Shown in pieces: positions 1 to 10,497 of a DNA stretch of 64,000 bases. How positions within the stretch are numbered: position 1 is the first letter of the stretch; each line of letters starts with the position of its first letter. The stretch is from the NCBI RefSeq assembly GCF_001194135.2, contig NC_068982.1, positions 174,597,727-174,661,726 of the forward strand, given 5' to 3'. Source of the stretch: Octopus bimaculoides. Taxonomy: Eukaryota. The notes below the pieces were generated by a model. It was not told where the DNA came from. It saw only the letters and a program-made list of their open reading frames with translations, and did not search any database. A program made the position numbers and the translations under genes.

Positions 1-25
1 ATATATATATATATATATATACATA

Positions 26-195
26 TATACAACGGGCTTCTTTCAGTTTCCATCTACCAAATCCACTCACAAGGCTTTGGTCGGCCAGAGGCTATAGTAG
101 AAGACACTTGCCCAAGGTGCCATGCAGCGGGACTGAACCTGGAACCATGTGGCTGGTAAGCAAGCTACTTACCACACAGCCACTCCTGCGCCTAT
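26..195 (-). mobile_element. tRNA-derived SINE family A, 5' half
   Basis: Reverse complement reads GGAGTGGCTGTGTGGTAAGTAGCTTGCTTACCAGCCACATGGTTCCAGGTTCAGTCCC (A/B-box-like head), then GGCACCTTGGGCAAGTGTCTTCTACTATAGCC, ending at the central (TA)n; matches more than 15 other copies in the window. Confidence 0.9.
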
Positions 196-313
196 TGTTT
201 ATTTTTAGAATGACTTTGTAGGTATGTATGACAGGCTGGATCTGGCTGGTTTGGACATAAAACAGGTAGAATATTTGGGCAAGATGTGGATGGTTTAAAT
301 GTGAAGGGATTAA
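196..313 (-). mobile_element. Fragment of piggyBac-like MITE
   Basis: Reverse complement aligns with the left half of 16135-16344 (TTTAAACC...CCCAAATATT.TAC.TGTTTTA); truncated by the SINE at 195. Confidence 0.55.
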
Positions 314-504
314 ATATGCTATTTCTAAACTGAAAATCACAATCTTCTCTGAACACCTCTCTCCCATAGTTCTAGCTTATAAGTTCACAATGACTCCAAG
401 ACAGTGATACCGCATAAATTAAGAACCATTGATGCAGTTATGCTTCATAATATAACTTTTTTACCATTATTATTATTCGAAATTGTGTCAAGACAGCAGC
501 AGCA

Positions 505-790
505 TCATCATCATCATCGTTTAAAGTCTGCTTTCCATGCTGGCATGGGTTGGACAGTTTGACTGAGGACTGGCAGGCCAGGAGGCTGCACCAGGCTCCA
601 GTCTTATCTGGCAAGGTTTCTACAACTGGATGCGCTTCCTAATGCCAACCACTCTCAGTGTAGTGGATGCTATGTGCCACCAGCACAGGGGCCAGTCAGG
701 CAGCACTGGCATCGATTACACTCAAATGGTGCTTTTTACGTGCCACCTGCACGGGAGCCAGTCAGGGTGCACTGGCAATCAGGCAGCACT
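505..790 (-). mobile_element. RTE LINE 3' UTR copy (repeat B)
   Basis: (CAT)n tail on + followed by TTTCCATGCTGGCATGGGTTGGAC...GACTGAGGACTGG, the reverse complement of the repeat B 3' end. Confidence 0.8.
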
Positions 791-1839
791 ACCATTGGTA
801 TGGGAAATAGGTATCAGGACAACCATGGTTTCCTAGTTCATAATCTTTTGTAAATCTCTTTATTGGCTTCCCCGTTTTGCTAAGAGACCTTAGCTTATTG
901 CAAGACAAAAAATATAGAGTGGCGGCGGGCGGCGGCGGCGGGCGGCGGCGGTGGTGATGTGTCTAAGTATGGGTGTGTGTATGTATGTATGTATGTATGT
1001 ATGTATGTATGTATGTATGTATGTATGTCACTGTCTCTCAACTACTTTACAATCAGTCACACTTTCACAACTTAGCAGTTCAGTGAAAGGTAAATGATAA
1101 AATGAATACTGGAGTCAATATCACCAACTAAACCCTTCAAAGTGTTTACCCCAGTCTAGCAACAGTAAAAGAATATTTAATTTCTGACTTGTTGTGTTTG
1201 TTAAATAACATTGGTATAAAAACAAACTATATCAATTCTAGGAACCTATGAAGGAGTTTTCTTAATAATCACTCATATACAGAAGTAAGAAAAAAATAAC
1301 AGTTTTACTGACTCAGGATTAATTTATACAAAACATCTTTGCACATATTTAAGAATCTTTTGTTTTGCAGTGTTACTACTATACCTTATTGTCATAGTCC
1401 ACCTCCTATTTTCAGCATAATTGTGGGTCTATTGTGGTGAATTTTGCTACTTAACTGCTTATTGTTACCATCAGGGACCACATTGAAAATATTTCAAAAC
1501 AAAAATTCCCTTACATGGGTACATGACCTCTATTTGCCTTAATCCAAGGGCTCATCCCCATACCACAATGTTTTTTTTTTTACTATTTTTTCATTTACTT
1601 ATTTAGTTACTTATTTTTGTTATCTTTAATGACACACTTGCTTTTCATCTTGCTTCATGTATTTTGTCCAGCTACTGTCTAATTTCTTTTTCTTGACATT
1701 ATAAAAAGTATGATGGATTATATATTCTATTGATAAAAATGTATATATTTTGTCGCTTTTCTTCTTTCCTTCTTTCTTTCTTTCTTTTTTTTTCTTAGTT
1801 TATAGGTATATTATACTGAAAAATATTGAATGGGATCTT

Positions 1840-2131
1840 TCTGATTTGGCAGACACCATTTGTTTTCTAACGAAACACTTTCAAACTTAGGATACTAGTA
1901 CAATGTGTCATTTAAAACATCATTTACTCTTGGCGTTTTTAACAAACCACAGCAGTAATTGTTTTCACCTCAATAGACGTCAGTGATTGGTTGAAATTAC
2001 CGAAATGCGACAACTTTTAACATGAAATAACTTCAAATACAAAAATTTTTATCTGTTCTATAACACAAAATATACAAGTATACGAAGTTTTAAAGTGTTT
2101 CGGTAGAAAACACACTAAATAAAAACTAAAT
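1840..2131. repeat. Unclassified interspersed repeat, probably a non-autonomous DNA element
   Basis: CpG-retaining block unlike its flanks (AAACACTTTCAAACTT...GATTGGTTGAAATTACCGAAATG), recalled as an octopus repeat; truncated by a gap. Confidence 0.35.
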
Positions 2132-2325
2132 NNNNNNNNNNNNNNNNNNNNNNNNNNNNNNNNNNNNNNNNNNNNNNNNNNNNNNNNNNNNNNNNNNNNN
2201 NNNNNNNNNNNNNNNNNNNNNNNNNNNNNNNNNNNNNNNNNNNNNNNNNNNNNNNNNNNNNNNNNNNNNNNNNNNNNNNNNNNNNNNNNNNNNNNNNNNN
2301 NNNNNNNNNNNNNNNNNNNNNNNNN
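2132..2325. other. Assembly gap (194 N)
   Basis: Run of N. Confidence 1.
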
Positions 2326-2379
2326 GATGAATTGCTTGTAAAAAAAAATTCAATTTTTTGGATTATTAACTTCATTTTT

Positions 2380-2675
2380 AGAGTGTTGCCAGTGCCCCTG
2401 GACTGGCTCTTGTGCAGGTGGCACATAAAATACACCATTTTGAGCGTGGCCGTTGCCAGTACCGTCTGACTGGCCTTCGTGCCGGTGGCACGTAAAAAGC
2501 ACCCACTACACTCTCTGAGTGGTTGGCGTTAGGAAGGGCATCCAGCTGTAGAAACTCTGCCAAATCAGATTGGAGCCTGGTGTAGCCATCTGGTTTCACC
2601 AGTCCTCAGTCAAATCGTCCAACCCATGCTAGCATGGAAAGCGGACGTTAAACAACGATGATGATGATGATGATC
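2380..2675 (+). mobile_element. RTE LINE 3' UTR copy (repeat B), well conserved
   Basis: GTGCCGGTGGCACGTAAAAAGCACCCACTACACTCTCTGAGTGGTTGGCGTTAGGAAGGGCATCCAGCTG...CATGCTAGCATGGAAAGCGGACGTTAAAC(GAT)n. Confidence 0.9.
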
Positions 2676-2759
2676 TACACTACATTTTGGTAAATTTAAC
2701 CTAAATCATCATTGGATCTGTGCATACATATATATTAGAGGAAGAGTAAATAATAATCT

Positions 2760-2868
2760 TTTCTACTCTAGGCCCAAGGCCTGAAATTTTTGTGGAGGTG
2801 GCCAATCGATTAGACCAACCCTAGCACACAACTGGTAGTTAATTTATCAACCCCGAAAGGATGAAATG
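2760..2868 (-). mobile_element. SINE family C, 3' half
   Basis: Matches 29241-29350 (CAAGGCCTGAAATTTT...AACTGGTA.TTAATTTATC.ACC.CGAA.GGATGAAA). Confidence 0.75.
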
Positions 2869-3219
2869 ATGGTTCTTAGTTTGAATTCACTTTATGTACA
2901 CATCCAGTAATAAGACATTTGATGGCAATACAACTACAAACAAATTAAAATTAGTTGTAGTACTAAATATACGTTTCAATGCAACTGAAAATTATTGCAG
3001 CCACATAGAGAAAATAATTTTTTTGTATGACTCAAATACTGAAATTCAGATTTGTTTAAAGAAAAAGAAAATCAAAATTTCAAAGAAAAAAATATAATCT
3101 AAAATTCAAGGAAAAAATATAATCTAAATTTCATTTCAAATTTCAATCTTCAATAATTTTTGCATATCAGTTTTAGTTAATGAAAATATCTTATATTTTT
3201 GAATTTAAAATTTCACCAG

Positions 3220-3307
3220 GTGATGCTGTAGATCATGCAACTCATGCTATTATGTTTGATATAAACCTGACGGGGCATGTAAACCAGGTCATGCTACAGT
3301 GTTTCAG
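3220..3307 (+). CDS. Candidate internal coding exon, product unknown (xDAVDHATHAIMFDINLTGHVNQVMLQCFx)
   Basis: TTTCACCAG acceptor and CAG|GTGAGT consensus donor; 88 nt, phase 1 to 2; only one frame is open; not repeat-derived; no family recognised. Confidence 0.5.
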
Positions 3308-3667
3308 GTGAGTTCACTAGTCAAGTCAATAGTTGTTCTATTGCAATCTCTAATTAATAATGAATTAAATCTCAGCAGCTCCTTTTTAATTCAGGAATTT
3401 TGACATTAGTCAGAAGCCTATTCTTTGATCACATAAAAAGGTTTAATATTGCAATTAAAATGCTTAGTCTCTTTTGCCACAACCACTTTATTTTCATGCT
3501 CTAACCTACTTGGCACACTTTATTTGAACTACACTTGAAAAATAAATCAGCATCTAAAAGGATTTACCTTTATATTATTGTAGCTACCCCAGACTTGCAA
3601 TAGAATTCTGACTCAAAACTATATAGAAATACATATCTCTATTTGCATATATTTTCTAAATGAATGG

Positions 3668-3702
3668 TTGAATGGATTTTGAAGATGGAAACTGAAAGAA
3701 AA

Positions 3703-3783
<81 letters not shown>

Positions 3784-4235
3784 TTTATTTAAAAGTATCA
3801 GAAATATAACAAAAATCTGTTACTCATAGGTTCACATTCCCGTTCATCAGACTTCTTTTAAATAAAACATATTACTCTACCTCTGGTATTTGAGTACTCT
3901 TTTTTCCACCTTGTTGCACATTTATGCGCTTACTCCGGTACATACATGTATCAGATGAAAAAAGGAGGAGAATCAGAGGAAGAGAGGAAGGGAGTTGAGC
4001 CCATGTAGCACAAAGGAGTGAAGAGAGAAGATTAATGTACATGTGCATTTGTGTATCCCCTACCACCACTTGATAACCGGTGTTGGTGTGTTTATGTCCC
4101 CATAATTTAGCAGTTCAGCAAAGAGACTAATAGAATAAGTCCTAGGCTTAAAAAAGAAATGAGTCTTGGTGTCGATTTGTTCGACCAAAACCCTACAACA
4201 TGGTGCCCAGCATGGCCTGTCAAATAACTGAAAGA
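3668..4235 (+). mobile_element. SINE A split by (TA)n and a degenerate hammerhead/inverted-repeat module
   Basis: SINE A 5'-half end at 3668-3710, (TA)n 3709-3782, module 3782-3940, SINE A 3' half 4040-4235. Confidence 0.7.
3812..3855 (-). ncRNA. Degenerate type I hammerhead ribozyme (family 1)
   Basis: Minus strand GT-CUGAUGA-ACG(GGAA)UGU-GAAC-CUAUGA-GUA-AC; core GAAA mutated and helix I largely lost. Confidence 0.55.
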
Positions 4236-5180
4236 AGTACATTACTTTATTTGGAAACAGTGGAAGGCTGGTGACATGAATGGTATCTGATCATAGAAAA
4301 TGATCCTCAACAAATTCAATTTGATCCATGCAGCGCCACCATAATCTACATAGGTTGTTATTTCACTTTCTGCAACCTGTCCAATTTGTAAATCCAAAGT
4401 TTGAGTGCCAAATAAATTCCATGTAGGAGGAGGAGGTGGTGGTGGTGGTGGTTATAATGATGATACATGTGTGTATGTATGTATGTAAGCATATGTGCGA
4501 ATGTATTTCTAAACATGCATGTGCATACATGCTTACAAACATACACACATACATGTTTATGCATAATATAAATATAATTATCATATACAGCAAACAATTT
4601 CTGATCAGATATAAAACTGCTAATTTATTGCATGGAATTTGATATATATAGAATTAGTAAATAATTCTTTTGTTGTCGGACATTCCCTGCATCTTTTCAG
4701 TCTCAACGTATATATATGATGAAGAGCCTATCAAATATATGCCATGAATGAAGCTTCAATCCACTTGTTACCGGATCAACCTGCATAGTGTATAGGGGTT
4801 TCCATGGAAACAAGTCTACTTCAAATACACTACATAAGAAACCTTAAACCAAAACCAAACTATGTCACAATGGATGGCCTATTTTTTTTTTTTTTTAATC
4901 ATTGATCTTTTGAAAATTCTCCAATATAGGACACAAGGTTAGTTGATTACCTGAGAGGGAAAATTGTCCTTAAAACTATTAAAGACTGTGAAATAGGGTG
5001 GGTTATGGTAGGCTTTCATTATTGCAAAACTTTAATGAAGGTAATTAACTTTAAATATATGTAAATTTGTGCAATTGAAAATAGTGAAGTTTTTGATGTT
5101 TTCATTAAGATGAAAGCAAAAGAAAAGAAAAATAGAGAGTATCAAGAACAGGGTGCTAGATGAAGTTGAAGATTTGTTTA

Positions 5181-5583
5181 TAGGGACAGGAGTGGCTGTA
5201 TGGTATCTTGCTTCCCAAACACATGGTTCCGGGTTCAGTCTCACTGTGTGGCACCTTGGGTGCCTTCACCTGTGACCTCGGGCCCACCAAAGCCTTGTGA
5301 GTGGATTTGGTAGACGGAATCTCAAAGAAGTCCGTTGTATATATATATATATATATATAGTATATATTTATGTATATGTTTGCATGTCTATATTTGTGCC
5401 CCTACCATCGCTTGGCAACATATGTTGGTGTGTTTATGTCCCCATAACTTAGTGGATCGGCAAAAGAGACTGAGACAATAAGTACTAGGCTTACAAAGAC
5501 TAAGTCCTGGGGGTCGATTTGCTCGACTGAAGGCGGTGCCCCAGCATGGCCGCAGTCAAATGACTGAAACAAATGAAAGAATA
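5181..5583 (+). mobile_element. SINE A, full length
   Basis: tRNA-like head, body, central (TA)n, and 3' part ending GGCGGTGCCCCAGCATGGCCGCAGTCAAATGACTGAAAC. Confidence 0.9.
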
Positions 5584-5748
5584 ATTGGTAACCAGTGGCT
5601 GGTTTGTTTCCAGATAGGTGCAGGCATGGTTGTGTGGTTGAGAAACCTTGGGTAAGTATCTTCTACTATACATCTGGACCGAGTAAAGCTTTGTGAATGG
5701 ATTTGGTTGACGGAAACTGAAAGAAGCGCGTCATATATATATATATAT

Positions 5749-5967
5749 ATATGCTTTATTTAAAAGCAGCAGAAATATAACAAAAAAACCGTTACTCTGA
5801 GTTTCACGTTCCCGTTCATCGGACAGTTTTGAACGGGAACGTGAAACTCAGAGTAACGGTTTTTTTGTTATATTTCTGCTGCTTTTAAATAAAGCATATT
5901 ACTCTACCTCTGGTATTTGAGTACTCTTTTTTTCACCTTGTTGCACATTTCATGTGCTTACTCCGGT
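5749..5967. mobile_element. Penelope-like inverted pseudo-LTR remnant (family 1)
   Basis: Perfect 70-bp inverted repeat (5749-5818 / 5830-5899, 11-nt loop), then a tail TACTCTACCTCTGGTATTTGAGTACTC...TTACTCCGGTA shared with 3872-3940; flanked by (TA)n; carries a hammerhead. Confidence 0.7.
5782..5830 (-). ncRNA. Minimal type I hammerhead ribozyme (family 1)
   Basis: AAAACUGU-CCGAUGA-ACG(GGAA)CGU-GAAA-C(UCAGA)G-UA|ACGGUUUU: 8-bp helix I, GNRA-capped helix II, near-palindromic helix III; U4C core variant. Confidence 0.75.
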
Positions 5968-6479
5968 ATATATATATATATATACGCACACATGCCGGTG
6001 ACACGTAAAAAGCAAAGCATCCAACAGACTCTGTAAAGTGTGTAAAGTGGTTGACGTTAGGATGAACATCCAACCAAAGAAACCATGCCACAACAGATAA
6101 TTGGAGTCTGGACAGCTCCTCCGCTGGCCAGATCTTGTCAAACAGTCCAACGGATCCCAGCACGGAAAACGGACGTTATACGATGATGATGATGATGATG
6201 ATGGTGTGTGTGTGTGTGTGTGTGCGCGTATAAAGGGTGGGTGAGTGGATGAGTGAATGGATGGATGGATGTTTGTCCTCCACCACCGCTTGTCAAGCGT
6301 TGGTGGTTTGTTTACGTTTCCGTAACTTGGAGGTACGGTAAAAGAGAGGCTCAAAAAAAAAAAAAGTATTCACGTCGATTTGTTCGACTAAACTCTTGAA
6401 AGTAGTGCACCAGCATGGCCGCTGACCAATGCCTGAAACAAGTGAAAAATAAAAGGGTAATTTTAGAGGGGAAAGGGAG

Positions 6480-6797
6480 AAATGAATAAAAACGCGTGTG
6501 TGTCGATTCGTTGAAGTCTGCAACGATGACGGGCTAACAAGTCACGTGCCACACAAACAAGCCACATCGACAACTTTCAGAAAACCGGAAGCGGAAAGAC
6601 GTGCAGCTCAGCAGCACACGGAGACCACAGCGTTGACGTCTACATACACGCACGCACACAAACATATTTTTATATATATATACAGATATAGCATTCTTTC
6701 GTTACTAGCAGCAAAGGCATTACAATATATATAAACACACACCCACATATATGATATATGTGCATTACTGATATATGTGTATTACATTGCATATATC

Positions 6798-6836
<39 letters not shown>

Positions 6837-7080
6837 CGTAGAAACGATAGTAGGCCGCACTGAATAATCCCGAAGTAAAGAGGAAAGAAGAAAGAAAATT
6901 GAGTTAATTCAAAAGAGTGGGAGGAAGGAAATCGTCGTGGTAGTTGTAAGAGGTGAGGAGGAGCTATTAGCTTGTCACGTGACAGCTGCCATTTTTATTT
7001 TGGCCTGTTGGATTTGTTGTTGAGGAGGGTGGTCACCAAATCGGTTGATTTGACTAACTTCAGACCAGTTATATATATAT
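6480..7080. promoter_or_regulatory. CpG-retaining promoter-like island
   Basis: E-box GTCACGTG 6541-6548, tandem ETS-like CCGGAAGCGGAAA 6585-6597, CRE-like TGACGTC 6634-6640, palindrome TGTCACGTGACA 6973-6984, YY1-like GCCATTTT 6988-6995; possible + donor AG|GTGAGG at 6952/6953. Confidence 0.55.
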
Positions 7081-7419
7081 ATATGTATACACTTAGACAC
7101 ACACGCTTACACATGTGTGTATATTTGTGTATACACACACGATCTTAAATGCCTCCGTGTATGTTATATATATAAAAGCATATATGTATATATCTACATA
7201 CATATACACGTATGTAGATGCATTCTTGTAAGTGCGTGGATACGAAACGTCTGAAGTTGAGATATAATAGAGTGAAAGTATCTTCTAAAGAACTACTGAA
7301 GTATAAGAGAAAAAGAAGAAAATAACAAACAAATAAGAACAACAGTACAAACTCGTCATCCAGTCTGCATACAAAACATAATCAGCCAGCAATTTTAAAA
7401 AATATAATCGGTGAGGAAT

Positions 7420-7684
7420 GGCACTTTTACTCTTTTACTTGTTTCAGTCATTTGACTGTGGCCATGCTGGAGCACCGCCTTTAGTCGAGCAAATCGACCC
7501 CAGGACTTATTCTTTTGTAAGCCTAGTACTTATTCTATCGGTCTCTTTTTGCCGAACGACTAAGTTACGGGGACGTAAACACCAGCATCGGTTGTCAAGC
7601 GATGTTGTGGGGACAAACACAGACACACAAACATATACACACACATACATATATACGACAGGCTTCTTTTCAGTTTCCTTCTAC
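7420..7684 (-). mobile_element. SINE A, 3' part, young copy running into a gap
   Basis: Near-consensus GGCCATGCTGGAGCACCGCCTTTAGTCGAGCAAATCGACCCCAGG with CpGs intact. Confidence 0.9.
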
Positions 7685-8632
7685 NNNNNNNNNNNNNNNN
7701 NNNNNNNNNNNNNNNNNNNNNNNNNNNNNNNNNNNNNNNNNNNNNNNNNNNNNNNNNNNNNNNNNNNNNNNNNNNNNNNNNNNNNNNNNNNNNNNNNNNN
7801 NNNNNNNNNNNNNNNNNNNNNNNNNNNNNNNNNNNNNNNNNNNNNNNNNNNNNNNNNNNNNNNNNNNNNNNNNNNNNNNNNNNNNNNNNNNNNNNNNNNN
7901 NNNNNNNNNNNNNNNNNNNNNNNNNNNNNNNNNNNNNNNNNNNNNNNNNNNNNNNNNNNNNNNNNNNNNNNNNNNNNNNNNNNNNNNNNNNNNNNNNNNN
8001 NNNNNNNNNNNNNNNNNNNNNNNNNNNNNNNNNNNNNNNNNNNNNNNNNNNNNNNNNNNNNNNNNNNNNNNNNNNNNNNNNNNNNNNNNNNNNNNNNNNN
8101 NNNNNNNNNNNNNNNNNNNNNNNNNNNNNNNNNNNNNNNNNNNNNNNNNNNNNNNNNNNNNNNNNNNNNNNNNNNNNNNNNNNNNNNNNNNNNNNNNNNN
8201 NNNNNNNNNNNNNNNNNNNNNNNNNNNNNNNNNNNNNNNNNNNNNNNNNNNNNNNNNNNNNNNNNNNNNNNNNNNNNNNNNNNNNNNNNNNNNNNNNNNN
8301 NNNNNNNNNNNNNNNNNNNNNNNNNNNNNNNNNNNNNNNNNNNNNNNNNNNNNNNNNNNNNNNNNNNNNNNNNNNNNNNNNNNNNNNNNNNNNNNNNNNN
8401 NNNNNNNNNNNNNNNNNNNNNNNNNNNNNNNNNNNNNNNNNNNNNNNNNNNNNNNNNNNNNNNNNNNNNNNNNNNNNNNNNNNNNNNNNNNNNNNNNNNN
8501 NNNNNNNNNNNNNNNNNNNNNNNNNNNNNNNNNNNNNNNNNNNNNNNNNNNNNNNNNNNNNNNNNNNNNNNNNNNNNNNNNNNNNNNNNNNNNNNNNNNN
8601 NNNNNNNNNNNNNNNNNNNNNNNNNNNNNNNN
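7685..8632. other. Assembly gap (948 N)
   Basis: Run of N. Confidence 1.
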
Positions 8633-8856
8633 GGTGGGGGGGATTTCAAAATTCCGATTCTTTGCAATTTTCCAGAATCTCCATATCTGAAAACGTGGGT
8701 TTTGGGAAAAAAAATTTTAAAAAACAATAATTTGTGAGAAAATGGAGGTGGGTGGGAGGAAGTCTTTCCAATCCAGGCAGCGTTGACTTTTCGGCCTTCC
8801 TCTGTTGATAAAATAAATACCAGTCAAAGACGATATAGTCAACTGTTCCTTTATGC

Positions 8857-9127
8857 CAGTGGTCCCCAAAGTGGGCAGTACTGCTCCCTTGGGGGCGGTG
8901 GAAGGATCCAGCGGGGGCATTGAAGAAAAATAGATTGATAATGGTGTGGCCCAAATGGGGTGATAGGTGTAAAAAAAAATATTATTAGGCTAATTAGGTT
9001 TAAGTTTTGTGAAATACAGTTGTTTTGCATTTACTGCAGAAAGTCGTCTATATTTGTGGTGGGAGCACTAAGAATGTGGCTGAAGTGTTAAGGGGGGCGG
9101 CAGCCTGAAGAAGTTTGGGAACTACTG
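8857..9127. mobile_element. hAT-superfamily MITE (271 bp)
   Basis: TIRs CAGTGGTCCCCAAA / TTTGGGAACTACTG (12/14 match); 8-bp TSD CTTTATGC (8849-8856) / CTTTACTC (9128-9135). Confidence 0.8.
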
Positions 9128-9299
9128 CTTTACTCAAATGTGTGGTATTCTATTTCTGTTAGACTTTGTCAAAGCATTGTTTAAACAAAAGCAGGCCTAA
9201 TGTGTCTCTTGTTTTTTAAGGATATTTGGGTGTCATTTGTAGGAGCTTTGGCTACTATTTCTAGCAGATTGAGTGAATGTTTAGAGACTTTCATAGCAG

Positions 9300-9545
9300 T
9301 TTTGTGTTATTTTTGTTTAACCCCCTAGTCAATCCTGGTTGAGCATTCCAACCATGACAATCCATTCTTTTTTTCTTTTTTTTTTTTTTTTTCAGGAATA
9401 GTGTTGTTATTGTTCCTTAGCTCCAGGTCACCCCTGATCAAGCCTAACTAATTTAAAGCATTCCAACCTTGATAACCCTCTATTTTTTTCATATTTAGTG
9501 CTCCCTAGACCAAATTATACAATGTGTCATTTTCACCACTCTCCA
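9300..9545 (+). repeat. Repeat family D, 2-3 decayed tandem fragments
   Basis: Recurrent TTGTT...CCCCAGGTCA.CCCTGATC.AGC...AAAG.ATTCCA.CCATGAC motif, also at about 28330-28460, 35410-35540, 37430-37620, 39590-40330, 47850-48020 and 54590-54760. Confidence 0.6.
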
Positions 9546-10157
9546 CCTCTGACACTCTCCTGATCCTCTGCTCATGTCATATCTTGCTCCTTGAGGGTTT
9601 TGCTTTGGCACTACCCCATCACTACCATCTTACATTTTTCCTAGATATTCCCACCCAACCATGCCTGTCTCTGGCATAAAAATCACTTCTCTGCCCTCTC
9701 AAATATCCCACCACCTCCACTTAGTCGAACAGACCTTTTCCTTTTTCATCTGTTTTCCTTTTTTTTTGTCTTTTCTCATCTTACAAATTACTCGGCAACC
9801 TCACTAGAGTTGGTGGCACAAAAAAGCACCCAGTACACACTGTAAAGTGGTTGGCATTAGGAAGGGCCATGCCAAAGTTGACATAACACATAATACAGCC
9901 CTGTGAGTCACTGGATCCTGTCAAACCATCCAACCCATGCTACCATGGAAAACAGGTGTTAAACAATGATGAAGGTGTAAGTGGAAAGAGATTTGGTTAC
10001 TACTTGTTGCTAGTTGAATGATCGAGTAGTGACTCTCTCATTGGCTTGTTTAGCATAGTGTATCTAAGAATCAATTGTTCAATATGTTCTTTTTTTAGTA
10101 TAGTTGGGTGTAATTTGAAGGAAAATTTGCAGCATATAGTGACAATAGTTTCTGGCT

Positions 10158-10272
10158 ACTAAATCCACTCACAAGGCTTTGGGCATCCTGGGGCCAAAGT
10201 AGAAGACACTTGCCCAAGGTGTCACGCAGTGGGAGTGAACCCAAGACCACATGAATGGGAAGCAAGCAGTTC
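10158..10272 (-). mobile_element. SINE A, 5' fragment
   Basis: AAATCCACTCACAAGGCTTTGG...GAAGACACTTGCCCAAGGTG. Confidence 0.8.
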
Positions 10273-10497
10273 ACATAAAATTCTAATTGTGAGAGAATAG
10301 AAACAACAAAGTATTACAATCAGTAGATATCAGTGTAGCTTCTATATTGTCACTATATGCTGCAAATTCTCCTTCAAATCACACCTTTCTCATTCATATG
10401 TTGTGACAGAGAAAAACACAAGTGTATTATTATAGTATATATATATATATATATATATATTTCTGTTTCTAATAGAAAGAAGTCATCTAGGTATATA

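Larger units (their letters stand above)
5617..6450 (+). mobile_element. SINE A hosting a hammerhead/inverted-repeat module and a repeat B copy
   Basis: A 5' half 5617-5733, (TA)n, module 5749-5967, (TA)n, repeat B 5995-6200, (GT)n, A 3' half 6272-6450. Confidence 0.75.

Noticed and set aside
921-953. (GGC)n GC-rich run
   Set aside because: Simple repeat adjoining the (TATG)n and SINE-derived sequence; no promoter context
4700-4790. TGATGAAGAGCC...AAGCTT stretch resembling another Penelope hammerhead
   Set aside because: C3 and GAAA are absent; too degenerate to support
7418-8737. Long ORFs of 195-439 aa in the track (also 12671-13794, 25324-26005, 38397-39446)
   Set aside because: They consist mostly of X from N-gaps plus SINE or microsatellite translation
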